31,022 bases of DNA from Oopsacas minuta. Lineage: Eukaryota; Animalia; Porifera. The stretch spans positions 1 to 31,022 of the forward strand of contig JAKMXF010000082.1 in the NCBI GenBank assembly GCA_024704765.1. The letters run 5' to 3'. The translations under genes and the position numbers were made by a program. The notes under the pieces are model-generated. The model was not told where the DNA came from and made no database searches. It saw only the letters and a list, made by a program, of their open reading frames with translations. Of this stretch, positions 21,468-31,022 are shown piece after piece (positions within the stretch are counted from its first letter, which is position 1; every line of letters begins with the position of its first letter).

Positions 21468-22700
21468 TTAAAAAAGTTTGGGGTGTAAGATTCTGCAATC
21501 GTACCCGGTGTAGCGTGAAAGCCGTTTCTTTTCTCGGAATGGATAACGTCTCTCCTTCGTTCCTATATCGCTTGTTGTTAGCCCGTTTTCATTGGTAAAT
21601 ATATCCGGTAAGACCTCTTTAGGGGGAGTCTCAATGCTTTCATGTTGTTCACACCCTTCGCTGTAGCCATCCAACTCAGACGACTCTCCCCCATTTATAT
21701 CCTGACATTTCTCATCTCCTGCAGAAGCATCTTGAGCGCATGTTTTATGACGTGTATCTGGTACCGCAGTTGGGGCTGCCTTGGTGAGAACAGGTTCTGC
21801 ACCGTCGTACTTCTAACAGTGGTCGATGCGGATCCATTTGTCTTGGGAATTTAGGCGTAGCTTTACATCCCGTCTTTTCCTATATATAACTGCAAAAGGT
21901 CCATCGAATCTCGGGGCTAATGAATCTTGAATGAGGTTCTTCATCAACATCACTTAGTCCCCTGGCTTGATCATGAGGTGTACCTGGTTCTGTTCTTAGT
22001 ACGAACCCTCTCAAAGTTCTTCTTGATGTCTGCTCTCATAACCTCTTGTAGTTCTTCTTGTTTCATTTTAAGACCTTTCAGGTATTCCTGTTAACAAAGA
22101 GGCCCAGAGTCTCTTCCGAGTCTTCTGTCTAGTTTCAAACAACGGATTACTTGTTTCACCCTTCTGATGTTGCGATCGGCCCGTCGGTTTCCGGATGGCA
22201 TGGGTTAGTTCTCTTTTTCTCTACGCCTAGGAGGCGACAAAACTTTCCTCCGTCTATGCTAGTCCCTTGGGCGGTTAGTATCCGAACGGGTACTCCATGT
22301 CCTCTATAGATCCATCCTTGTTCGATGCCGCTCACTAAACTTGCTGCTTCTTGGTTTCTCAACGGTTGCAGTCCTACATATCGACTAAATAAATCGACTA
22401 TGAGGAAGAAATAACGGTAGCCCCCTTCTGTCCATGGTAGAGTGTCTACATCTATTCCCACAGTGTAACCTGGAGGCCTACTACCGATAGTCATTTCTTC
22501 TTGAGGTTTTTTCCCCGAGGTTCGAAAGTTTTCCGCGTTGACAGACTAGTCATCCACGACTAGTCTGTCAAAGCGGAAAACTTACCCTAGGCCTTCAGTC
22601 AAAAATGATGTTGCGAGTGTACGGATTCTATTCCCTGTGACGTAACTGTTTAGGAACTACAATTCGTTCTTCGAAGATCAGGATCCCGTTTGAAACCTTC
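21468..22700 (-). mobile_element. Ty3/Gypsy integrase remnant (second family)
   Basis: TVGIDVDTLPW..YRYFFLIVDLFSRY..HGVPVRILTAQG..HPETDG (22494-22156), GPY/F-like PRFDGPF (about 21920-21895), and tail RRYPFREKK. Frameshifted; second catalytic Asp appears as Ala. Confidence 0.85.
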
Positions 22701-22913
22701 AAATGTTTGTCTCTCCGAGCTTTCCTCTTTTGAATTATGCGGGGAGGAGCCGAATAGCCGAATACAATTGATAATTAGCTACGTACAGTCAGGGGACAAA
22801 AGTATTCGAACACACAAATATATTGTCATAAATTGTATACTCCTTCCCGCTCCAATATATTGTGTAGTCTATATTCGTAGCTGCTATCTAGTAATTTACA
22901 TGGAATAACATAT

Positions 22914-22914
22914 N
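22914..22914. other. single-N scaffold join
   Basis: N base. Confidence 0.75.
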
Positions 22915-23416
22915 GATCCTATTTTATGAATTTATCATGTCTATTCGCATTATCCACAACAATATTATCATCATGGTAAGAGAAACTACACATGATAATG
23001 ATTACCTAATCATATTCATTTACTTGTTAGAAATAATCATCATTAATATGAGGATATCTATTTTCTGCCAATTAATTTTCAAGTTTCAATTATACCAATC
23101 TGGTGTCCACCAATCTGTGAGATTTGGTATCTCTATATCAAACGTATAGTTAAGGAGCAAAAAACCGTAAATTATTGCAGTTCGAGCAGCTAGAATCCAT
23201 AAGATTCTTGGATAACCCGTGATAGTTGATAGCTGGCATCTCTGCAGTGATAGAATTTCTTGGCCATTACAGTAGTGCTAGTAAATATAAGTTTGAGGGG
23301 TAATTGGGTAGATACCACAGACAACAGTCAATTTATATAGCTTACGCCTTACGGAATTTACTTGTACAAGAAATAAAAATCGAAAATTTAGAAAATTGAA
23401 ATTCGACAAATGATTA

Positions 23417-24178
23417 CATACAGCCCTCGCCGTTCGCGATGTATTCCCTCGATTATTCGCGGTTTTGTTCCGAGTTATGTTATTTTGGTAGAACATTTTG
23501 CAATTTATATATTTTGATTTATTACTAAGGCGAAAATGTATTTTCTCCTAAGTTGAATAATTCATTATTCATTTGGTTAATAATGAATAATTCTTTTTGA
23601 ATTAATAACCTTTTGGCCCCAATTTTAATTCATAAATTGGATTTGTATTAGTCGAGTTGATAAATATGAATTCTCTATATTACGAACAGTTTCTCTAGTC
23701 CCTTAGTGGTTCAGAATTCGCGACACTGACATATATTATTCAGTATCATTATGAATTGTATAAACCCATTAATTAATCAACTCTTCAAAGATAATTATTC
23801 ATTATTCTTGACGATTTTTCAATGAATTAGTCAACTTAGATTTTCTCGATAAAAGGCCCACTTACATTGGTCATTTTATCTAATTCAACATATCTAGTGT
23901 TTTTGTGGTATTATAGTCACGCGAAAACAGAAACTTCAATTGTTAAATATAAGCAAGTTTTCCCCTCTGATGCTCACACAAGTAACATTTTAACTCAGTA
24001 TATACAATTAACTTCATAATTATTTCGTAATTATACATTCCGATCATATTTAGTATCACTAATTGTTTGTCATTTTCAAATTTTAGAAACGTAACCCCAC
24101 TATTCTCATTGAACTAACGTCTTGCAATTCGCGAAAATTCTCAGGAACGTAACCCCTGAGAATGACGAGGGCTGCCTG
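23417..24178. mobile_element. pogo/Tigger-like non-autonomous element (about 760 bp)
   Basis: TA|CATACAGCCCTCGCCGTTC vs reverse complement of the right end, CAGGCAGCCCTCGTCATTC (15/19), both TA-flanked. Subterminal ACGTAACCCC repeats; AT-rich non-coding interior. Confidence 0.5.
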
Positions 24179-24479
24179 TAGCCATATGAATCACATTCAT
24201 GAAGCAAAAAGTCTCACAGTATTTATAAAAGATTAATACTCAATTGATGGCCTTTGGAAGAAAAGTCACATTTTCTCTGCCTCTCACAAAGTAATTATAT
24301 TTCGTACTAAGTCTGTTGAAATTCGAATGCTTTATAACGTTTGCAGCATAAGTATTTCTCAAGAATTCTAGCAAAACAATAATTACTATTATACTATATC
24401 TCAATTATTAAATAGGAAGTTCTGACCAATTAACACAATCCAAACATCACAACATACATGCAAACTTTAATAAAATAAT

Positions 24480-25229
24480 TTAATTATCTTCAGTTTTGAG
24501 ATCACTCGGCATTAGGAAGTATATCAGGGATAGGATGTTAAGTCCAATCATAAGATTTGCTAGTCCGTAACCGCGGAACAGAATAGCCAGAGCAAGTATT
24601 ACTAGATTACAGACAATTACTTGAAGCTGGAATTGTAGTTGAAACATTTTCAGAGACTTATAGGCATCACGTAGGACTGAACTCGGTTCGATTTGTTGGT
24701 TACGACAGAGCCTGATAAAACCAGGAATTAGCATCACGACAACTGACAATATTCCTAGCAGCAACCAAGCTGATACAGAGCTGGTTAGCTCTGATAAGAT
24801 AATCAAGGTTATCAAGACCATTGAGTAGAATTTGAAAGGATTTACAATTCTTACTGAATAAAAGAAATCAACAGTATGCTCTGCCAGTATATTTAAGGAT
24901 GTTAATTCTCGTGACACTACTTCTGCAAAGTATTTATCTTCTGTATCCGAGCGTGGAGATAGTGCATTCACCCATCCGTGCTTCTTCAATGCGAAATCTA
25001 CTCCAGTAGCAACTATAATTGCTATACCGCATATACTGATGACAGAGAGATCGTATACATAAAGGGTTAGGAACAATATCGTGACTAGGCCAATCAGGGC
25101 CGCTCCGAACGCTTCTGATTTCGGTTCAAACGTTAGAGATTTCCACATTTTTACTAGTACTCGTCTGTGTGGGTATAAGACAGATGCTAACATCCCCTGT
25201 CGGGTCTGGAAGTCAGTGTCTTGTGACAT
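24480..25229 (-). CDS. ARL6IP1: ARL6IP1-like reticulon-homology ER-shaping protein, intronless, 249 aa
   Basis: Size and spacing of two hydrophobic hairpins and motifs (LTFE..A.IG.V..LFL..Y..D.SV.S; VDF; P.KFY..LI.L; LL..L.V..L.PG) recall ARL6IP1. It carries an extra hydrophobic C-terminal segment. Recognised from memory, not aligned. Confidence 0.7.
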   Translation of the reverse strand: MSQDTDFQTRQGMLASVLYPHRRVLVKMWKSLTFEPKSEAFGAALIGLVTILFLTLYVYDLSVISICGIAIIVATGVDFALKKHGWVNALSPRSDTEDKYFAEVVSRELTSLNILAEHTVDFFYSVRIVNPFKFYSMVLITLIILSELTSSVSAWLLLGILSVVVMLIPGFIRLCRNQQIEPSSVLRDAYKSLKMFQLQFQLQVIVCNLVILALAILFRGYGLANLMIGLNILSLIYFLMPSDLKTEDN

Positions 25230-25921
25230 TTAATTGCAATAAATAAGCTAAAGCATATTAATCATTACTATCAAATAGTTAGCCTCTGATACATAAATGG
25301 GTAAAGATTGAACAATTATTAGCTATACGAACGTATGTCAAATACTGTTCACGTAATAATACTATTAATAAGGTATACGAAAGGTCATACATATCATGTA
25401 CACACATAACTGCCAACAGTTCAGGGATATCGTCCAGACGTCCAAAGATCCGACCTTACTTGTCCAGTCAATTGATTATTAAAATATTTGATAGTAGGTA
25501 TTGAAAACACTGGAAGAGAAAACCATTTTCGGACCAGGGATTTAAGCAAAAGTCCGAGAGAATTTGTGCTCATTTCAGGGATCCGTGTCACAAGGGTGGC
25601 AGGGATGTCAAGGTCATGACTATAGTTATCAATTGTATTATTTATCTTAGCCTACTCCAACACAAGGACAACTAGTGACATGACTCAAATTTCCAATATG
25701 GGCGAAGGAAGCAGGGCAAATGGGATGCCTATGAGATCAATAATGGGACGTACGTACATATTTGAGTACCTAGACGTATATGGCAATATATATCGAATAA
25801 TTTATACATACTGATATCCAAGAAGTGTGACATAATATAGTACTATATATACAGTTTACGAATAGCTTATAATTATAGCATATGATATATTCGATGTGAT
25901 TACCTGTATACCACTTCATAG

Positions 25922-28900
25922 TTAGAAGAAATCGATAAAGTCATCTTGTTCAAAGTTTGGACAAACAGAATCTAGTTCCATTTTGGTGAGGAAAAAGCTT
26001 GGCTTAGATTCATTAAATTTAGCAGGAATTATACTTTGTTTTATTGGAATGTTCGTTAAGTTATTGGGTTGCTTCTCGTTTTGAAAAGTATTTTCTATTT
26101 CAATCAATTTCTTCCTTTTACATCGATAGAAATCGTCTTCATTTTCATCTGATAAAGAATTATTTGTACGCGAATTTAACTTGGAATAATCAGCTGATCT
26201 CTGAATTGGCTCCACAATACAAGTAGGAATATGTTTAGACTTGTGTAACTGTTCAATATCTTCCGTTGAATCACAAAAAGGTTTGGGTATATTTCTTGGC
26301 GGTATGGGAGTGCCATTTAAGTCACCTTCAATATCAAAATCCTCTGGGAAAAAATCGAAATAGTTTTCATTATCTAATTCAGCATTATTCTCCAAAAATT
26401 TCGGACTAGGTAATTCATATATAGTGTTATCTGTGTGGGATTTGTACTGAGTAGGTTGGTAGGCGAATTCCTGCAGAGCGCCTGCACTCTGTTTCAACCT
26501 CATACTAAATCCAGTAGCGGGGAGTAAATCCTGTTTGTTATTTACTTCTTCCATAAATGTATTCATCCTACTACTCCTACTGTTTCTATAAGGATAGGAA
26601 TCTTCTCTCTTTGCTTTATTGCTATCTCTACATACATTCGTAATATCATTCTTACAGCATGTGTGTCCGCACAGCTGTTTATCATAACATCTGTGACTAC
26701 ATGCATTCTCCTTTGAATATAAATTCTGTTTTGTTGGAGAATCTGTATAGTACGACTGGCCTAGATCAAAGTTTTGTGACGCACCTACTTTTATTGTTGA
26801 TGCATTTTGTTGTTGTTGTTGTTGCTGTTGATTAGGTACTCTTATAGGAAGCAGGAATTTAGGTGTAAATATTCGGTTAATATCTAATCCAACAAATTTT
26901 AAAGATTTCAAATGAATTTTAAGAGATATTTTGTGATCATTTTGAAATGGAACTTTTATAAAATATGAAACATTCTTTTCAGGTTTTTGCATCACAAACG
27001 AATCAGTAATTCTATACTTAGCAAATATTCTACTATCAGCTGGGTCTCCTATGATTAGTAAACAGCTGTGAGGTGAATGAGACTTTTTGTTTGTGTTTAC
27101 TAAATCTAAACTGTTATTCAGACGTAGTACAATATCAATCATAGCAAATTCTCTATTAGGAGGTAGTCTCTGTGAAATATCAAGTGAATAGTTGGGCAGA
27201 GAAGATACAGAATTGATTACATGTGTTCCAAATGGTGGATGTCTGTTAGTAATCAATTCTAGCTGTCTAGGATTAGTCTCAGATATTTTATTGAAAGTTG
27301 TGAGTCCAGCTTGAACGAGGCAATTAGAAATAGTAGGACCAACCTTCTCAAGCTGTTTAGACACGAAATGTGAATCTAACCATAATTTAGCGTTAATACA
27401 CTGATGTAAGCAAGCAGAATGGTGAATTGCAGAGAAATCCTCTCGTAACAATTGTATTTCTAACAAACACCTAGACACTCTATAAGCATTACGAAATATC
27501 CTCTGTACATCTTGGGTTAGTGTAAAGTCCTGGAAAGGAATACAGCCTAGTGTAGCTTGTATCAAACAGTTAACCTTCATGGCCGTCGTCTTAATCTTAC
27601 CTTTCATTGGATGACGTATTGTAGTTCTCTGTTTATCTCTGTTTAAACTATTTAACACTTTCTTCTCACTGATACGTAATTTTACGTCATAAAATTCTTG
27701 TAATTCTGAAATATCTAAAAGTGTATCGCCTAGATTTTGCGTGCGTAGGTTGAGTGAGATTAGTTTTTTCATTGTAGGGAATGATAAACAGAACCTGGCC
27801 ATCAATCTACCAAGGGGGGTAGGTGTGATAAACCGCGAGTTTGGATTCAATTTTATCAGTTCAGCTTCATTTAATAACTGCAAATCTTTCAAACACATTT
27901 CTTGTAATTTCTTATCCAAATAATCTTCACTTACGAGAGTATTATCCTCTCCTAGGTAATGAGATGGGTTTCTTCTAACACGAACATATAGAAATGTACT
28001 TTTAATCCATTTTAGAGCTACAATAACTTCTTCAATAGTCCCTAATACTACTTCAGCATTAAGATGCTCTATCAGATTTTGGTGTAGATAGCTCTCTACT
28101 GTTTGCAAGCCAGATAGAAATGTCTCATATTTGCTACACGTCTCATTACGCGTCATGATGACAGCTGTAGCATGTGTGTCGAACTGGGGTCTACCAGCTC
28201 TCCCTACCATCTGTAGCACTTGAGGTTCCGAGTATTCTCTATAAACATAAAATATCGATTATCCATAGTACTGTGTATGTACTACGGGTATAACATCTAA
28301 TAAGAATAGTATTCAAACTTGCCTCGGATACCACTAGTGGGTTCTAGCAATTCATACCTTGGACGGGATGGACATTAGTATTATAAGCAACGAGATTACC
28401 CACAACGCCAAATATTATATTGTGACGCATGGCGCACTCGAAGGAGTGTTTTGTAGAATTGAAACGTCAATCCAAATTTCTGAAAATGACAACTATATGA
28501 ACCAGCAAAAACTTCAATTGAAATGCAGTAATCTAAAATATATTAAGCTCACCGGCGTCGCAATGATAAGTGAGAGGGATAATTCAGCTCAAATGGCCAT
28601 ATAACTAAATTGTACAAGTAACTGTAAAAGTAGAGGGGCTAAAGCCCCCCTGTTCCAATGTCTTTGAATACATCATATCTACGTAGCACTCCCTTGACTT
28701 GGATGCGAAACGTCACGTTTGAGATACCTGATACCTCTAATTAATGGCATACACAACTAACACAATAAATCCTGTAAATATTTGGTGTGTAAATTTACCT
28801 GAAAGCTCCCTCCACATACTGTTGAGTAGACTTGATAATAACAAGATGAGCTGGTAGATTTACTCCCATAGCTAGAGTACTGGTTGAGAACAGAACAGGC

Positions 28901-30029
28901 AGACAACCTCTTACAAAAGCAGATTCAACTGTCCTTCTATCTTCTGTGTATAATCCTGCGTGATGGAAAGCTATTCCTACGCTAAATAACTCTCTTAACT
29001 TACTGTCCTTCAAGAATAGAGCCTGTTGCTCTAAACTCCTTCTAGACTCTATACTCATTCCCAGGCCATCTTTAGCAAGGACGCAGGCAGCTTGTTGAGT
29101 ACCTTTACGTGTAGAGCAGAATATAAGAGTTGGCTTACCCTCTGAGTAAGATTGTATTACAGAACGTAGTTTATAAGAAAGAGAAATATCAAATTTGAAC
29201 TCAGACATATCTCTAGAAGAGTAAGGTAACACAATACGTGTCAGAGGAACAGGTCTCTGTGACTCATCCACCCTTACTACCTTAGCCCCCTCTCCAAACC
29301 ATTCAGCTATATCTTCACAGTTCGGTATAGTAGCTGAAGCAGCTACTAGTCTAATACCCGGGTTATTAATATTAGAATTGAGTGAAGAAGAATGTATTGT
29401 CTTCATACGTGATATCACTGCTTCTATAGTAGGCCCTCTGTGTGGATCATTCAGTAGATGTATTTCATCAACTAAGAATAGACGGATCTGCTCAACCAGT
29501 GATCTATTGTCCTTCCATTTCCTAGTCATAGAGTCCCATTTCTCTGGGGTGGTTAGAATCAGCTGTACATCTTTCAAGATAAAGAAATCATCTGACTCAG
29601 AGTCACCTGTCAACTCCAGACAGCTGATATTGAAAGGTGACAATTTCTGGGACCAATCTTGAAATCTCTCAGAGCACAGAGCTTTTATAGGTGCCATATA
29701 CACACACTTGGTTGTAGGTGGGTGTGAGACATTCATACTCTCCTGTAACAGCCATCTTACAATAGCCAATTCAAACACGCCTGTCTTACCAGATCCTGTG
29801 GGAGCACTGATCACTAGATTAGCTTCTGAGTAGAGGAGAGGATCAAATGATAGGGATTGTACTAAGTTGAAGTATGGAAATGTGAAAATACTATTATATG
29901 GAGATACTATCTCTGATACAGGTCGGAGTTGTGTGTGTCTCTGTATGTGAGGATGTAAGGGGCTGGGATAAGAGAATGGTATTCTGTGAGTGGATATAGG
30001 AGATACTGAGTTATTGGATCCAACAGAGT
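25922..30029 (-). CDS. HFM1: ATP-dependent 3'-5' DNA helicase HFM1/MER3 (Ski2-like SF2, Sec63 domain); first exon not resolved
   Basis: Exons 30029-28799 and 28238-25922, joined by a 560-bp phase-2 GT-AG intron giving ...GAFR/EYSEPQVLQMVGRAGRPQFD. Motifs: FPYFN.VQS, APTGSGKT, DEIH, SATIPN, FHHAGL, STSTLAMGVNLPA, GRAGRPQFD, Sec63 region, C-terminal CSHRCYDKQLCGHTCCK typical of HFM1. The upstream exon starts at acceptor TTCTCTTAG (phase 1). Confidence 0.93.
26807..26830 (-). repeat. (CAA)n microsatellite encoding poly-Q8 in HFM1
   Basis: Eight CAA/CAG codons. Confidence 0.85.
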
Positions 30030-30369
30030 CTAAGAGAATAAATACGTAATGAGAATAATTAAGAAAACTTCCAAGACATTAGGAATAGACGTTATCATAG
30101 CGTCATTAATTAAAATGCACTGGTGTAGTGAAATTCCATCCGAAGTACGGATTAACCCAAGCACGGTGGAAGCAAAATACAAACGTTACGGCATTTCTAT
30201 AGATACATTGTGATTTCAACAAAAGGGGTAGGGGAATTGTCTGACCACCGCCTGCTCCGCCCTGTAACCGAATGATTGAATTGGATTTAAACGGGTTGAT
30301 AGTGATTGCAATTTGTACATTTGATGTGGAACTACATATATTGGATAGAATCAATTACGTAATAGGTTC

Positions 30370-30616
30370 CAGGGGCGGCGCGTCATCTCAAAAAGTGGCA
30401 CCGCAAGGCCGTACCATGGATATTATAAGTGGCGTGTGTAGGTGTTAGAGCCATTATTAAATACGTAATTAGTGTCGAAAGGCCATACAACATGATGTAG
30501 TCTATTATTTAATTCAAACTTTATATGAAATTCAAGCCATTGTTGACAGGATTGATCCGATAAAGTGGTTGCCGTACCTGCCTATAAACGTCCGCTCGCC
30601 GTCCCTGCCGCCCCTG
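30370..30616. mobile_element. hAT-like MITE (247 bp)
   Basis: 10-bp TIR CAGGGGCGGC / GCCGCCCCTG; no exact 8-bp TSD (ATAGGTTC vs AGTTCTAA). Confidence 0.5.
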
Positions 30617-30631
30617 AGTTCTAACAAAGTA

Positions 30632-30760
30632 CAGTGCAACCTCTATAAGGGGGTTTCTATAAGGGGAACCTCTATAAGCAGGCAATTTTGGTCCACCTTC
30701 ATTAATTTACATAGAAACGAACCTCTATATTCGGGGAGTGGGGATACTTTAGAGGAAATT
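30632..30760. mobile_element. pogo-like MITE left end
   Basis: TA|CAGTGCAACCTCTATAAGGGG with repeated CCTCTATA motifs; no right end seen. Confidence 0.45.
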
Positions 30761-30919
30761 ATGCCTCACACAATTGAAATTTACCGGGGAAATCTGCGAT
30801 AAATTTTCTTGAAAAATAAGTTTTGGACAAAATTAGGAAAAAAAACACATTTATCGCTATAATGAATAGAAATTTTTGGTTACTCTGAAGAAAATGTTTA
30901 CCAATTTTATATTCAATCG

Positions 30920-31022
30920 TGAGCTACGTAATATAATGACTGGAAACTACACTTATTTTTGGACCAGGGATAAATAAGAAGTGCATTTTAGTTAATTCAA
31001 AGTCAATAACTCATGATATTAA
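30920..31022 (+). repeat. dispersed repeat, inverted partner of 19290-19392, runs off the window
   Basis: Near-identical to the reverse complement of 19290-19392. Confidence 0.9.

Noticed and set aside
22937-23149. Ile-rich 70-aa ORF
   Set aside because: Composition explained by AT-rich low-complexity (ATC/ATT) sequence next to a gap.
30264-30454. HFM1 exon-1 candidates (MALTPTHATYNIH at 30454-30415; MYKLQSLSTRLNPIQSF nearer 30320-30270)
   Set aside because: Both are phase-compatible, but the first lies inside a MITE and the second has a weak donor; neither can be chosen without transcripts.
1-31022. Prokaryotic defence island or operon interpretation
   Set aside because: Multiple phase-consistent GT-AG introns, HFM1, ARL6IP1, EGF domains and eukaryotic TEs show the window is eukaryotic.

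Overview
AT-rich eukaryotic (animal-like) genomic DNA in the standard code, with short GT-AG introns and four single-N scaffold joins (12968, 14463, 19258, 22914). It is not prokaryotic. Compact genes and gene content would fit a basal metazoan such as a sponge, but that is inference only. Host genes: (i) two same-strand pieces of very-large-inducible-GTPase (VLIG/GVIN1/URGCP-like) genes, a C-terminal half fused to a MIDAS-bearing VWA domain (<3-2168) and a gap-bounded GTPase half (12971-14462) that also carries an upstream P-loop-like module; (ii) a complete 8-exon, 616-aa type-I membrane protein (signal peptide, Cys-rich cap, three cadherin-like repeats, two EGF domains, Thr-rich stalk, TM, tail) at 4359-7658; (iii) a multi-pass membrane ORF split exactly by a 2176-bp Chapaev3-like DNA transposon with TIRs and a TTA target duplication, whose in-silico excision restores the reading frame; (iv) an ORF with a 42-bp/14-aa tandem repeat; (v) an ARL6IP1-like gene; (vi) the meiotic helicase HFM1/MER3. 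The rest is two decayed Ty3/Gypsy remnants and many MITEs and fold-back repeats. The best candidate for an undescribed system is the VLIG GTPase-VWA fusion locus.
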